The notes below the pieces were generated by a model. The model was not told the DNA's origin. It did not search any database and saw only the letters and a program-made list of their open reading frames with translations. A program made the position numbers and the translations under genes. From Gammaproteobacteria bacterium (GTDB lineage Bacteria > Pseudomonadota > Gammaproteobacteria > Eutrophobiales > Eutrophobiaceae): a stretch of 64,000 nucleotides of DNA. The stretch lies in NCBI GenBank assembly GCA_965220815.1, contig OZ244846.1, positions 4,212,538 through 4,276,537 on the forward strand, written 5' to 3'. Of the stretch, positions 55,430-64,000 are shown piece after piece. Position 1 is the stretch's first letter; each line of letters begins with the position of its first letter.

Positions 55430-55918
55430 TCAATGCTGTTGTTCCCTCTCTGCGGCGCGTTTTTGCCGGTGCTGCTGGTACAGGGCATCGAAGTTCACCG
55501 GCGCCAGCAGCAATTGCGGGAATCCGGCGCGGGTGACCAGATCGGATATCGTTTCGCGCACGTAGGGAAACAGGATGTTGGGACACACGGTAGCCACCAT
55601 GCGCCCGAGGATTTCCCGGGGGAAATCGGCCATGAGGAAAATACCGGCCTGTTGCACCTCCGCCAGGTATATGGTCTTGTCTTCATGGCTTACCGTGGCG
55701 GTAACCGACAGGGTTACGTCATACAGGTTTTCCCCCAGTTCGTCCGCCGAGTTCGCTATATCCATGTGTACGGAAGGTTTCCACTGCTCCCGGAAAATCT
55801 GCGGGGAATTCGGCGTTTCCAGTGAGACGTTCTTCACGTAGATCTTCCGGATTTCGAACTGGCCGCGCTGGCCGTTTCCTTCAGTTGCCGCCTGTAGGTT
55901 TTCCTGTTCCTCTGCCAT
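55430..55918 (-). CDS. secB: Protein-export chaperone SecB
   Basis: 162 aa. FEIRKIYVKNVSLETPNSPQIF...AEVQQAGIF...CPNILFPYVRETISDLV are canonical SecB segments. Confidence 0.9.
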   Translation of the reverse strand: MAEEQENLQAATEGNGQRGQFEIRKIYVKNVSLETPNSPQIFREQWKPSVHMDIANSADELGENLYDVTLSVTATVSHEDKTIYLAEVQQAGIFLMADFPREILGRMVATVCPNILFPYVRETISDLVTRAGFPQLLLAPVNFDALYQQHRQKRAAEREQQH

Positions 55919-55944
55919 TGGTTTTCTCCTGGTTATTAATATGT

Positions 55945-55986
55945 GGGGTCAGAGTAAAAATTCTGCGAATTTCTTACTCTGACCCC
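55945..55986. repeat. REP family 1 copy
   Basis: ggggtcagagtaaaaattctgcgaatttcttactctgacccc. Confidence 0.9.
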
Positions 55987-55994
55987 GGTTATCC

Positions 55995-56438
55995 TCAGTC
56001 TCGGGTGACCGGCAGGTTGGCATTACGCCATGCTTCCAGGCCCCCTTTCAATGAATAGATTTTCTCAAATCCGGCAAACTTCAGCACGCGCCCGGCCTTG
56101 ACACCGTCCGAATCCCGGTTGCAACACAGGATTATGGGCCCGGATTTGTATTTTTGCAGTTCTTTCTGCCGTCCTTCCAGCTCCGCGGCAGGGATATTGC
56201 GGGCGCTCAGGATATGGCCCGATGAATAATCGGCATTGGTACGCAAATCCAGCAACAGCGCTTTTTCATGATTCATCAAACGCGTGACTTCCGTCGGCCC
56301 CACCTGGGCAAGTCCGGACATTGCGGACCCGAAAATATTCCACAACAGCAAGGTCAGGATAGCGACGAACAAGGAGACCAGCCAGAGGTGATTGGCGATG
56401 AATTCAGGCAGTTTTTCCATCAGGGTATTATATTTCAA
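55995..56438 (-). CDS. Membrane-anchored rhodanese-domain sulfurtransferase
   Basis: 147 aa with an N-terminal TM helix and a rhodanese domain with active-site loop ILCCNRDSDG. Confidence 0.8.
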   Translation of the reverse strand: MKYNTLMEKLPEFIANHLWLVSLFVAILTLLLWNIFGSAMSGLAQVGPTEVTRLMNHEKALLLDLRTNADYSSGHILSARNIPAAELEGRQKELQKYKSGPIILCCNRDSDGVKAGRVLKFAGFEKIYSLKGGLEAWRNANLPVTRD

Positions 56439-56452
56439 TTTATGGGACAGGT

Positions 56453-56555
56453 GGGGTCAGAGTAAAAATTCTGACGAATTTCTTACTCTGACCCCTGGAT
56501 CGCGAGAGAATTTTTACTCTGACCCCGGGCTTGGGCCGGAATTTTACTCTGACCC
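56453..56555. repeat. REP family 1 copy plus two extra right arms
   Basis: Full palindrome at 56453-56495. Additional ttactctgacccc at 56514-56526 and ttactctgaccc at 56544-56555. Confidence 0.85.
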
Positions 56556-56631
56556 TGCATATCTGTTAAAATATCCCCCTTACCTGATTTCTGTTCAATA
56601 CATACTACCCGATACCGTTTCTCAGGCCGCC

Positions 56632-58194
56632 ATGCAACTGAAGCATCGTCCAATGGTCTTGATCATCCTGGATGGATGGGGCTATTCGGAAACTACCGCC
56701 TACAATGCCATCCATAGTGCCAGAAAGCCGGTGTGGGACCACTTGTGGGACAAATATCCCCGTACCCTGCTGAACGCATCCGGCATGGACGTGGGGTTGC
56801 CCGCCAGGCAGATGGGCAACTCGGAAACCGGCCACATGAATATCGGCTCCGGGCGCATCGTCGACCAGGAGTTTACCCGCATCACCAAGGCGATAGAGAA
56901 CAGGTCGTTCTTTGAAAACCAGGTATTGACGGACGCCCTGGAAACTGCGGCGCAGAAAGGCCGCGCGGTCCACATCATGGGCCTGCTGTCTCCGGGAGGC
57001 GTGCACAATCACCAGGAGCATATCTTTGCCCTGCTGGAGTTTGCCGCGGATTATGACGTCAGGGATATCTACCTGCATGCCTTCCTGGACGGCAGGGACA
57101 CGCCGCCGAAGAGCGCGGAAGAGTACATGGATGAGGCGTACCTGAAAATGCTGGACCTGGGTAAGGGCCGCTTCGCCAGCGTGGTCGGGCGCTATTACGC
57201 CATGGACCGCAACAGGCACTGGGATCGCACGCAGGTCGCTTACCGGCTGATCACTGCCGCCGAGGCCGAATACGAGTCGGTCGACGCGTTCATCGCGGTG
57301 GACATGGCGTACGCACGCGGCGAGACGGACGAGTTTGTGAAACCCACTGCGATCGTCCAGCGCAACGGCAGCGCGGCGCGGGTCGAAGAAGGCGACGTAG
57401 TGATCTTCGGCAACTACCGGGCAGACCGCGCGCGGCAACTGGCAGAGGCGTTCACCGCAGTGGATTTTGACGGTTTTGAGCGCGGCAATCCCATCGACCT
57501 GGGTGCGTTCATCAGCATGACGGAATACCGCTCGGATTTTGATTTCCCGGTGCTGTTCCCTCCTGCCCGGTTGAAGAACGTGCTGGGCGAGTACCTGGCA
57601 AATGCTGGTTTGACGCAGTTACGCATCGCCGAGACGGAAAAATACGCCCACGTTACATTTTTCTTCAACGGCGGTGAGGAGCGAGTATTCAAGGATGAAG
57701 ACCGCATCCTGGTGCCGTCACCCCGGGTGGCAACCTATGACCTGCGCCCGGAGATGAGCGCGCCCGAAGTGACCGAACGGCTCACGGCTGCGATCGCCAC
57801 GGAGAAATACGACGTGATCATCTGCAATTTCGCCAACGCCGATATGGTAGGCCATACCGGGGACTTCGATGCGACAGTCAAGGCCATCGAGACCATCGAC
57901 GCCTGTCTCGGAAAAATTCTCGAGCAGACCCGCCGCGCCGGCGGTGAAATACTGATCACGTCCGATCACGGCAATGCCGAACAGATGCGCTCATTCATAA
58001 CGGAAAAGATCAGGGAACAGGCTCATACGGCCCATACCGGCAACCTGGTGCCTCTCATCTACGTGGGACGGCCGGTCGAGGTGGCGCCCAGCACCACCGC
58101 TGCCCTGTGTGACGTCGTACCGACCATGTTACATCTCATGGGGATGGAACAGCCGGAAGAAATGACCGGCAGCCCCCTGTTCAGGCTGTGTTGA
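56632..58194 (+). CDS. gpmI: 2,3-bisphosphoglycerate-independent phosphoglycerate mutase
   Basis: The start is taken at MQLKHRPMVLIILDGWGYS, because the upstream part of the long ORF is repeat-encoded. Motifs MGNSETGHMNIGSGR and ITSDHGNAE. Confidence 0.9.
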   Translation: MQLKHRPMVLIILDGWGYSETTAYNAIHSARKPVWDHLWDKYPRTLLNASGMDVGLPARQMGNSETGHMNIGSGRIVDQEFTRITKAIENRSFFENQVLTDALETAAQKGRAVHIMGLLSPGGVHNHQEHIFALLEFAADYDVRDIYLHAFLDGRDTPPKSAEEYMDEAYLKMLDLGKGRFASVVGRYYAMDRNRHWDRTQVAYRLITAAEAEYESVDAFIAVDMAYARGETDEFVKPTAIVQRNGSAARVEEGDVVIFGNYRADRARQLAEAFTAVDFDGFERGNPIDLGAFISMTEYRSDFDFPVLFPPARLKNVLGEYLANAGLTQLRIAETEKYAHVTFFFNGGEERVFKDEDRILVPSPRVATYDLRPEMSAPEVTERLTAAIATEKYDVIICNFANADMVGHTGDFDATVKAIETIDACLGKILEQTRRAGGEILITSDHGNAEQMRSFITEKIREQAHTAHTGNLVPLIYVGRPVEVAPSTTAALCDVVPTMLHLMGMEQPEEMTGSPLFRLC

Positions 58195-59333
58195 TTTTTT
58201 TCCACTCCGGACCTGCCCGGTTTCTCCCCGCACTTTTCCTGCTTGTCCCCGCCTTGTGCGCGGCGGATGAGAAAGCGGCCGCCGAACAGGAAATCAAATC
58301 GGTCAAATCCCGGATCGAGACTGTTCAGACCCGGATCAGGTCGGCGCAAAACGAGGTTGAAAAAATGCTGACCGAACTGCGCAGGTACGAAACCTCGGCT
58401 GCCGAAGTCAACGCGGCACTCGGACTGATTGATTCGGATATCGATGCCGGACAGGAACGGCTGGCGCTCCTCAACGGGGAACTCGATCAACTCGGTGAGG
58501 ATCTGCGCCGGGAAAAAGAGTTTCTGTCCGAACAGGTACGCGCCATGCACCGGACAGGCAGGAACGACTACCTGAAGCTGCTGCTTAACCAGGAAGACCC
58601 GGCGCGGTTCGGAAGGACCCTGGGGTACCATGACTATTACAACCGGGCCAGGACCGACAGGATAGCGGCGATCGGGCATTCGCAGGAACGGATCGGGGCA
58701 TTGCGGGAAACAATCAGGGTCGAGACGGAAGGGCTGGTTTCCCTGCGCTCCGGTAAGGAGGCAAAACTGGCGGAACTGACCGAACACCGCAAGGCCCGGC
58801 AGCAACTGCTTGCCCGGTCGAGACGTTTTATCGATGACCAGGACCGGCAGCTGCAGACCCTGTTGAATACGGAACGGGAACTGGAAACATTGATTAACAG
58901 GCTGAGCCGCAGTGAGGATGTGTTTGACCGGGAAGCCCCGTTTGCCAGCCTGAAAGGAACACTGCGATGGCCGGTGCATGGTAAGATCATAACCCGATAT
59001 GGAGAACTCAAAAAAGGCGGGAAACTCAAATCCCGGGGAATTACCTTCGCTTCCGCAGCCGGAACCGAAGTGCATGCAATCAGTTCCGGTACGGTCGTCT
59101 ACGCGGACTGGTTCAGGAACCTGGGCCTGTTGCTGATCCTGGATCATGGCGACGGATACATGAGCCTTTACGGATATAACGAAGTGTTGCTCAAACAGAC
59201 CGGTGACCGGGTGGGCAGGAACAATCCCATCGCCAGGGCCGGGGATACCGGAGGCCAGCAGCGTCCCGGCCTCTATTTCGAGATCAGGCGGGGGGGAGAC
59301 CCGCTGAACCCTTCTTTGTGGTGCAGGAGTTGA
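58188..59333 (+). CDS. EnvC-like murein hydrolase activator (coiled coil + M23/LytM domain)
   Basis: GTG start overlapping the gpmI stop. Signal peptide, long coiled coil, and C-terminal LLLILDHGDGYMSLYGYN. Confidence 0.8.
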   Translation: MLIFFHSGPARFLPALFLLVPALCAADEKAAAEQEIKSVKSRIETVQTRIRSAQNEVEKMLTELRRYETSAAEVNAALGLIDSDIDAGQERLALLNGELDQLGEDLRREKEFLSEQVRAMHRTGRNDYLKLLLNQEDPARFGRTLGYHDYYNRARTDRIAAIGHSQERIGALRETIRVETEGLVSLRSGKEAKLAELTEHRKARQQLLARSRRFIDDQDRQLQTLLNTERELETLINRLSRSEDVFDREAPFASLKGTLRWPVHGKIITRYGELKKGGKLKSRGITFASAAGTEVHAISSGTVVYADWFRNLGLLLILDHGDGYMSLYGYNEVLLKQTGDRVGRNNPIARAGDTGGQQRPGLYFEIRRGGDPLNPSLWCRS

Positions 59334-59334
59334 T

Positions 59335-60654
59335 ATGAAAATGTACCCCGTAAAAGCAGTTTTATTCTGCTTGCTTATCACCGGACTGTGTGCGCGCGCC
59401 GAGACCGTCACCGACACCGAAACGGGAGAACTGCCCGTCGATGAGATCAGGGCATTTGCCGAGGTTTTCGCCAAGATCAAGAAAGACTACGTGGAAAACG
59501 TGGAAGACAGCGTGCTGCTGGAATACGCGATCAGGGGCATGCTGGAAGGACTGGACCCGCATTCGTCCTACCTGGACGAAGAAGCCTACCTGAACCTGCA
59601 GGAAGGGACCTCGGGGGAATTCGGCGGCCTGGGCATTGAGGTGGGAATGGAAGACGGGTTCATCAAGGTAATCTCGCCCATCGACGACACACCGGCGCAA
59701 AAAGCGGGGCTGCAGGCCGGCGACCTGATAATCCGGCTGGACGACACCCCGGTCAAAGGGATGTCCCTGAATGACGCGGTGGCGCGTATGCGGGGAGAAC
59801 CGGGTACCGACATCACCCTGACCATCATCAGGGACGGCGCGGACAAACCGCTGAAAGTGACTATTACCAGGGATGTGATCAAGGTGAAAAGCGTCAGGAC
59901 CCAGATCCTGGAACCGGGTTTCGGATACCTGCGCATCTCGCATTTTCAATCCCGCACCGCGGAGGACGCCAGAGCTGCGTTGCAGGAATTGCAGCAGGAC
60001 AATGACGGCAGACTGGAAGGCCTTATCCTGGATCTCAGGAATAATCCCGGCGGCATCCTCAGCGCGGCCGTCGGCGTTTCCGACCTGTTCCTGGACAAGG
60101 GATTGATAGTTTATACGGAAGGCCGCATCGATGATTCAAAATTACGTTTCAACGCAAAACCGGCTGACCTGCTGGATAACGCGCCGGTCGTCGTACTGGT
60201 GAACGCCGGTTCCGCTTCCGCCTCCGAAATTGTGGCGGGCGCCCTGCAGGACCACAAGCGCGCGATCATCATGGGCCAGAAAACCTTCGGCAAGGGTTCC
60301 GTTCAGACGGTCCTGCCCGTATCCAACGCAGCGGCCCTTAAATTGACGACCGCGCGTTATTACACGCCTTCGGGCCGTTCCATACAGGTTTCAGGAATAG
60401 AACCGGACGTTACCCTGGTCCGGGTCAAGGTCGAATCCCTTGAAGACGAAGAACAGAATTTCATCACCGAGGAAAATCTCAGCAGGCACCTGGATAACAA
60501 TACTGAAGAGCTCCAGGATGGAGATGAAGAAGCAGCGCAAACGGGCCAGGATACCGTGACGCGGCTCACTGAGGACTACGCCCTGCAGCAGGCCCTGAAC
60601 GTCCTGAAAAGCCTGCAGATCCTGGGGTCGGAGCAGATTTCGGGGTCAGAGTAA
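59335..60654 (+). CDS. S41-family carboxy-terminal processing protease (CtpA/Prc-like)
   Basis: PDZ segment (GLGIEV...AQKAGLQAGDLIIRLDD), S41 core LDLRNNPGGIL and GSASASEIVAGALQD...GQKTFGKGSVQ. Ends ...ISGSE* inside a REP arm. Confidence 0.85.
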   Translation: MKMYPVKAVLFCLLITGLCARAETVTDTETGELPVDEIRAFAEVFAKIKKDYVENVEDSVLLEYAIRGMLEGLDPHSSYLDEEAYLNLQEGTSGEFGGLGIEVGMEDGFIKVISPIDDTPAQKAGLQAGDLIIRLDDTPVKGMSLNDAVARMRGEPGTDITLTIIRDGADKPLKVTITRDVIKVKSVRTQILEPGFGYLRISHFQSRTAEDARAALQELQQDNDGRLEGLILDLRNNPGGILSAAVGVSDLFLDKGLIVYTEGRIDDSKLRFNAKPADLLDNAPVVVLVNAGSASASEIVAGALQDHKRAIIMGQKTFGKGSVQTVLPVSNAAALKLTTARYYTPSGRSIQVSGIEPDVTLVRVKVESLEDEEQNFITEENLSRHLDNNTEELQDGDEEAAQTGQDTVTRLTEDYALQQALNVLKSLQILGSEQISGSE

Positions 60655-60704
60655 CGGCTTCAGGGGTCAGAGTAAGAAATTCGCAGAATTTTTACTCTGA
60701 CCCC
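60642..60704. repeat. REP family 1: solo left arm plus a full palindrome
   Basis: ggggtcagagtaa at 60642-60654 and ggggtcagagtaagaaattcgcagaatttttactctgacccc at 60663-60704. Confidence 0.9.
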
Positions 60705-61156
60705 AGCATTCTTACCGCGTATCTCCCGGTAAAATTCACCACCGCATCCCTCGCATCATACACAACGGTGTCAAGCGCAATTTTGGCTTTCTTCCGGGTT
60801 CTCAACGCGTCAAAAAAATCTTCGATGATTTCCGGTTCGGGTGCGGTACAAACCGCATAAAAATCGCCCACCGCCGGCTTGATGTAGTTTATTTCACCCT
60901 TATAAACGGCAATATCAGCATCAATTCCCCGCTCCAGCAGTTTCACGAACAGCAGGCTCCATCCGCACAAGGCGGCTATGGAATAGGAACTGCCGGCAAA
61001 GGCTGTCTGCTTGTCATTCAGGTTGGGTGCTGCCGGTGCGGTCAATTTGAGCCAGTCGCCGTCGTAATCGTCCGCGCTTATTCCCATAACGCGCGTGATC
61101 GGGATATCCCGCGCCAGCGTGTCATTCAGTAGAAACAGAGGATCAATATCCATCAT
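60692..61156 (-). CDS. YiiD C-terminal-like hotdog-fold thioesterase
   Basis: 154 aa. ...TAFAGSSYSIAALCGWSLL... resembles the YiiD_C putative thioesterase family. Ends ...MLGSE* inside a REP arm. Confidence 0.55.
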   Translation of the reverse strand: MMDIDPLFLLNDTLARDIPITRVMGISADDYDGDWLKLTAPAAPNLNDKQTAFAGSSYSIAALCGWSLLFVKLLERGIDADIAVYKGEINYIKPAVGDFYAVCTAPEPEIIEDFFDALRTRKKAKIALDTVVYDARDAVVNFTGRYAVRMLGSE

Positions 61157-61178
61157 TTCATTCTAGATTTGAACTACA

Positions 61179-61215
61179 GGGTCAGAGTAAGAAATTCGTA
61201 TGACGATTCTCACCC
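61179..61215. repeat. Degenerate REP family 1 copy overlapping the RTX gene stop
   Basis: gggtcagagtaagaaattcgtatgacgattctcaccc. Confidence 0.55.
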
Positions 61216-63996
61216 GAACAGGAAATCCGAAGCATCCAGGTTGCTCATGTCAAAATCCGACAGGATGATGGTAGTCAAGTAGTCAGTGCCGGACACAGTA
61301 CCTGACAACTCGATACGCACATTGTCCCCGTGACTCACCATGTCAAGATCATCCATGGAGTTGATATTTGTAAATGCAGTGAGGTCAATCACATCCTCGC
61401 CATCGGTGAAATCCTGTATTGAACCGCCCCCCAGGTTGCCTGGGAAGAACCTGAATGTGTCCCTCCCGGAGCCGCCATTCACTACGTCCATATGATTACC
61501 ATCGACAATTAATATATCTTCCCCGGGACCTCCCTTTAATAAATCATTCCCGTCACCGCCGGTCAGGGTATCGTTTCCTTTGCCGCCGTAGACCCTGTCG
61601 TCACCCTTGCCACCGAGCATCTCATCGTCTCCACCGGCGGGTCCGCCGAACAGGTCATCGTTGCCGCCCCTTCCTTCCAGCCTGTTGTCCTCCCCATCAC
61701 CCGCCAATATATCGTTATGATCGCTTCCCACAAGGTGCTCGATGCCGGTCAGCGTATCCCCCTCGGCATCACCGAATCTGACCGCACGGGCGTCATGCAG
61801 GCGCACCAGGACCCTGCCGGACGAGTCTGCATAGGAGGCGGTATCCATGCCGCCGGCGCCATTGAGCGTGTCGGCGCCGGCGCCACCATGGAGATGGTCG
61901 TCATCAGCCCCCCCATTGAGTGTATCGTCACCTGCAAGACCGTCTAGGGTGTCGTTGCCATTGCGGCCTTCCAGGATATTTGCCGCGGCGTTGCCGGTGA
62001 CCATATCGTCTCCGACCCCGGCTATGAAATTTTCGATAACCGTATCCCGCGCAATAATCAGGTTACCCGTCAGGCCATATACATCCGAGATCCCTTCCGG
62101 GCGCAGGTCAATTCGTTGATCGAACAGGTCTGTCCGCAGGTCCAGTGTATCATTACCACCGTTGTCATACAGTGTCAGTGTTGTCGGCTGGCTGAAGATT
62201 GTTGCTGTAAAATTGGGATCGGCGCGCGTTCCTGTGTTCTCGTAGTAGTGGATTACACCCTCTTGATGACCAATGACCAAGTCAAGGTCGTCGTCTTTGT
62301 CAAGGTCGATAAACTCAGGCGTACTATATCTGTTTACATCAACAATTTGCAGCGGATTAGCCGCATCAATGCGTTCCTCGAAGATAGTATTATCGGCCGT
62401 TCCCGTATTTTCATAGTAGTCAACAGTGCCATACCAACTCCATACGATGAGGTCAAGATCACCGTCACCATCAAGATCAGTTAATGATGGCCCGCTGAAA
62501 GAATCGGCGGTAATGCCGTCAAAGGGATTGTCCTCACCGGTGCGCTGTGTGAAGCTTAGGCTGGTTGGTGTCCCGGTATTCTCAAAATAATGCAGCATTC
62601 CCTCATTGTTCCCGGATATGAGGTCAAGATCGCCATCACCATCAAGATCGACCAATTCCGGTATGTTGTCAAAACCTACGTCAACACTATCCAGGGGGTT
62701 CGCTACGCCAGTTCGTTGAGTAAACTCCGGTGCAGTCGCTGTGCCGGTGTTCTCGAAGTAAGTAATTTGCCCTTGGCCATTACCGGCAATGAGATCGTGG
62801 TCGCCATCATTATCAAGGTCTGCTAAAACCGGTTTACTGTATTGACCGATATCAAAGCCATTCAGCGGATTGGCTGCATCAGCATGCTGTATGAAAGGCG
62901 GAAATGCCTCCGTCCCGGCGTTTTCAAAATAGTGAAAGGTGCCGTCCCGGCTGCCTATCACAAGGTCCGGGTCGCCGTCATTGTCCAAGTCGCTGAGCGC
63001 GAGTGTACTGGTATGGCTTGCCGTATAGATAGTGTTGAAGGGATTATGCTCCCCGGTCCACATCCTGAAATATTCACCCAGATACCCGTCCACGTTGGAT
63101 TGGTAGCCATAAACGGTATCACCGGTGCGGATATCATCAGGTGTGCCGTAGAGATTATGAACTGCAATAATATCTGCGATCATGGGGGTAACCGTATTGG
63201 CCAGGCTTGGCCCGGTATAGGTATTCTTTGATTGGTGAATATAAGACATCGAAGATACCTGGTGCGAGTCGATCAGATATATGTTGTCAACCCCATAAAC
63301 GGCATTAGTGTTATCAGGATCCTTTGGGTAGGGACCCGCGTGACCCAGGCCAAGCGCATGGCCTATTTCGTGAATGTAGACGTGGAAAGAGAAGCTGTCC
63401 ATTGTGGTTCCATCTTCAACAAGATTATCTACAGACACATTGACATTAGAAGAAACAATGACTCCATCATTCACCACTGAATTAGCGAAACCGCCTGGCT
63501 CATCGTCATCGAAAGTGATGCGCGCATTTTCATCATCGACAAACACGAACTGAATACCGGTCACATCAGACCATGCCTCGAGTGCCCATATAGCCAGTTG
63601 TTGGCCCTCTGCCGTCAATGCGGTGATATTTACGGTTAAAGACCCTTCTGTAGTAACATCGAAAGCACGACGTTCTCCACCTTCTTTGAACTCCCAATAG
63701 CCATTTGTCAAATAATCGGAAATCTCATCATAGTTGCCCTCCGGGATGGTATTCTCCGTCAGCGATAGTTCATACTCGCCTGTGTAGGTTTCATCGAAAC
63801 TGCCTATATTAATAAAATAACTACCGTCGCCGGGTGGGCTGAAAATAATCTTTGAACGGGGATAAATTATGCTGTTCCCTCCTGCATCAAGGAGTTCGAT
63901 AAACGCTGAATCAGCCCCAGTCAAAGTAATATCGTAAATTGTCCCGGCGGTAAGTTCGATACGTACCCAGTCTCCATCATTCGCAAGGTCAAGCAT
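61210..63996 (-). CDS. Large secreted M10 (serralysin-like) metalloprotease with FG-GAP/VCBS repeats and RTX calcium-binding repeats (5' end may lie beyond the window)
   Basis: At least 928 aa. Zinc motif HEIGHALGLGH. About six repeats of the DLDNDGD.DL(I/V)...YFEN(T/A)GT type. C-terminal GGxGxD nonapeptides (GGAGADTLNGAGGMDT, GGKGNDTLTGGDGNDLL). No N-terminal signal peptide, which is consistent with type I secretion. Confidence 0.8.
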   Translation of the reverse strand: MLDLANDGDWVRIELTAGTIYDITLTGADSAFIELLDAGGNSIIYPRSKIIFSPPGDGSYFINIGSFDETYTGEYELSLTENTIPEGNYDEISDYLTNGYWEFKEGGERRAFDVTTEGSLTVNITALTAEGQQLAIWALEAWSDVTGIQFVFVDDENARITFDDDEPGGFANSVVNDGVIVSSNVNVSVDNLVEDGTTMDSFSFHVYIHEIGHALGLGHAGPYPKDPDNTNAVYGVDNIYLIDSHQVSSMSYIHQSKNTYTGPSLANTVTPMIADIIAVHNLYGTPDDIRTGDTVYGYQSNVDGYLGEYFRMWTGEHNPFNTIYTASHTSTLALSDLDNDGDPDLVIGSRDGTFHYFENAGTEAFPPFIQHADAANPLNGFDIGQYSKPVLADLDNDGDHDLIAGNGQGQITYFENTGTATAPEFTQRTGVANPLDSVDVGFDNIPELVDLDGDGDLDLISGNNEGMLHYFENTGTPTSLSFTQRTGEDNPFDGITADSFSGPSLTDLDGDGDLDLIVWSWYGTVDYYENTGTADNTIFEERIDAANPLQIVDVNRYSTPEFIDLDKDDDLDLVIGHQEGVIHYYENTGTRADPNFTATIFSQPTTLTLYDNGGNDTLDLRTDLFDQRIDLRPEGISDVYGLTGNLIIARDTVIENFIAGVGDDMVTGNAAANILEGRNGNDTLDGLAGDDTLNGGADDDHLHGGAGADTLNGAGGMDTASYADSSGRVLVRLHDARAVRFGDAEGDTLTGIEHLVGSDHNDILAGDGEDNRLEGRGGNDDLFGGPAGGDDEMLGGKGDDRVYGGKGNDTLTGGDGNDLLKGGPGEDILIVDGNHMDVVNGGSGRDTFRFFPGNLGGGSIQDFTDGEDVIDLTAFTNINSMDDLDMVSHGDNVRIELSGTVSGTDYLTTIILSDFDMSNLDASDFLFG

Positions 63997-64000
63997 GCCC

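Noticed and set aside
55419-55586. 56-codon N-terminal extension of gpsA.
   Set aside because: It would overlap the secB 3' end by more than 150 nt and is Arg/Pro/Ala-rich. The canonical GxGxxG N-terminus begins at the internal Met (start 55418).
56392-56631. 80-codon N-terminal extension of gpmI in the longest ORF.
   Set aside because: The extension is translated from REP family 1 copies (…WGQSKNSDEFLTLTPG…). The conserved GpmI N-terminus (MQLKHRPMVLIILDGWGYS) starts at 56632.
1-64000. Search for integrase, transposase, tRNA/tmRNA, rRNA or att-like direct repeats bounding the islands.
   Set aside because: I recognised none by eye on either strand, so the mobility mechanism and exact island borders cannot be stated. 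The left BREX border is outside the window.

Overview
The window appears to be a proteobacterial chromosome segment. The gene order secB-gpsA, gpmI-envC-ctpA and DUF4390-ntrY/ntrX-like-trkA-trkH suggests a gamma- or betaproteobacterium. Core genes are roughly 55-65% GC in hand-counted 60-nt lines. There are two DNA-modification-type defence islands. (1) Bases 1-14654 hold a type 1 BREX locus (brxC 3' end, pglX, pglZ, brxL). It has been invaded repeatedly: an AlbA_2/HATPase_c_4 gene lies between brxC and pglX. Between pglX and pglZ lie a PHP-domain/SMC-like ATPase, a truncated DUF262 (BrxU/GmrSD-like) relic, a decayed copy of the pglZ 5' end, and a lower-GC two-gene cassette (small ABC/AAA_21-type ATPase plus a 180-aa PD-(D/E)xK-like protein) that is translationally coupled into pglZ. 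This cassette is my best candidate for an undescribed defence module. (2) Bases 36808-48618 (minus strand) hold a HEPN-DUF499 ATPase, a DUF1156 N6-adenine methyltransferase and an SNF2 helicase with a DUF3883 nuclease-like tail. This triad is interrupted by a HigB/HigA-like toxin-antitoxin pair and by a ~40% GC two-gene insert (STAS-like protein plus 2-TM protein). The methyltransferase also carries in-frame GC-rich palindromic insertions. Between and around the islands are ordinary genes: an IclR-regulated amine/organic-acid catabolic cluster with a TonB-dependent receptor, the sensor kinase/sigma-54 regulator/trkAH block, a polyamine-type ABC transporter, gpsA, secB, a rhodanese, gpmI, envC-like, ctpA-like, and a large RTX/FG-GAP/M10 metalloprotease. 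The core regions carry a palindromic REP/MITE-like repeat (GGGGTCAGAGTAA-loop-TTACTCTGACCCC) at 14 or more loci. This repeat supplies the last codons and the stop (…GSE*) of five genes and is absent from both defence islands. I saw no tRNA, rRNA, CRISPR array, integrase or transposase. All family assignments come from motif recognition by eye, and no searches were run.
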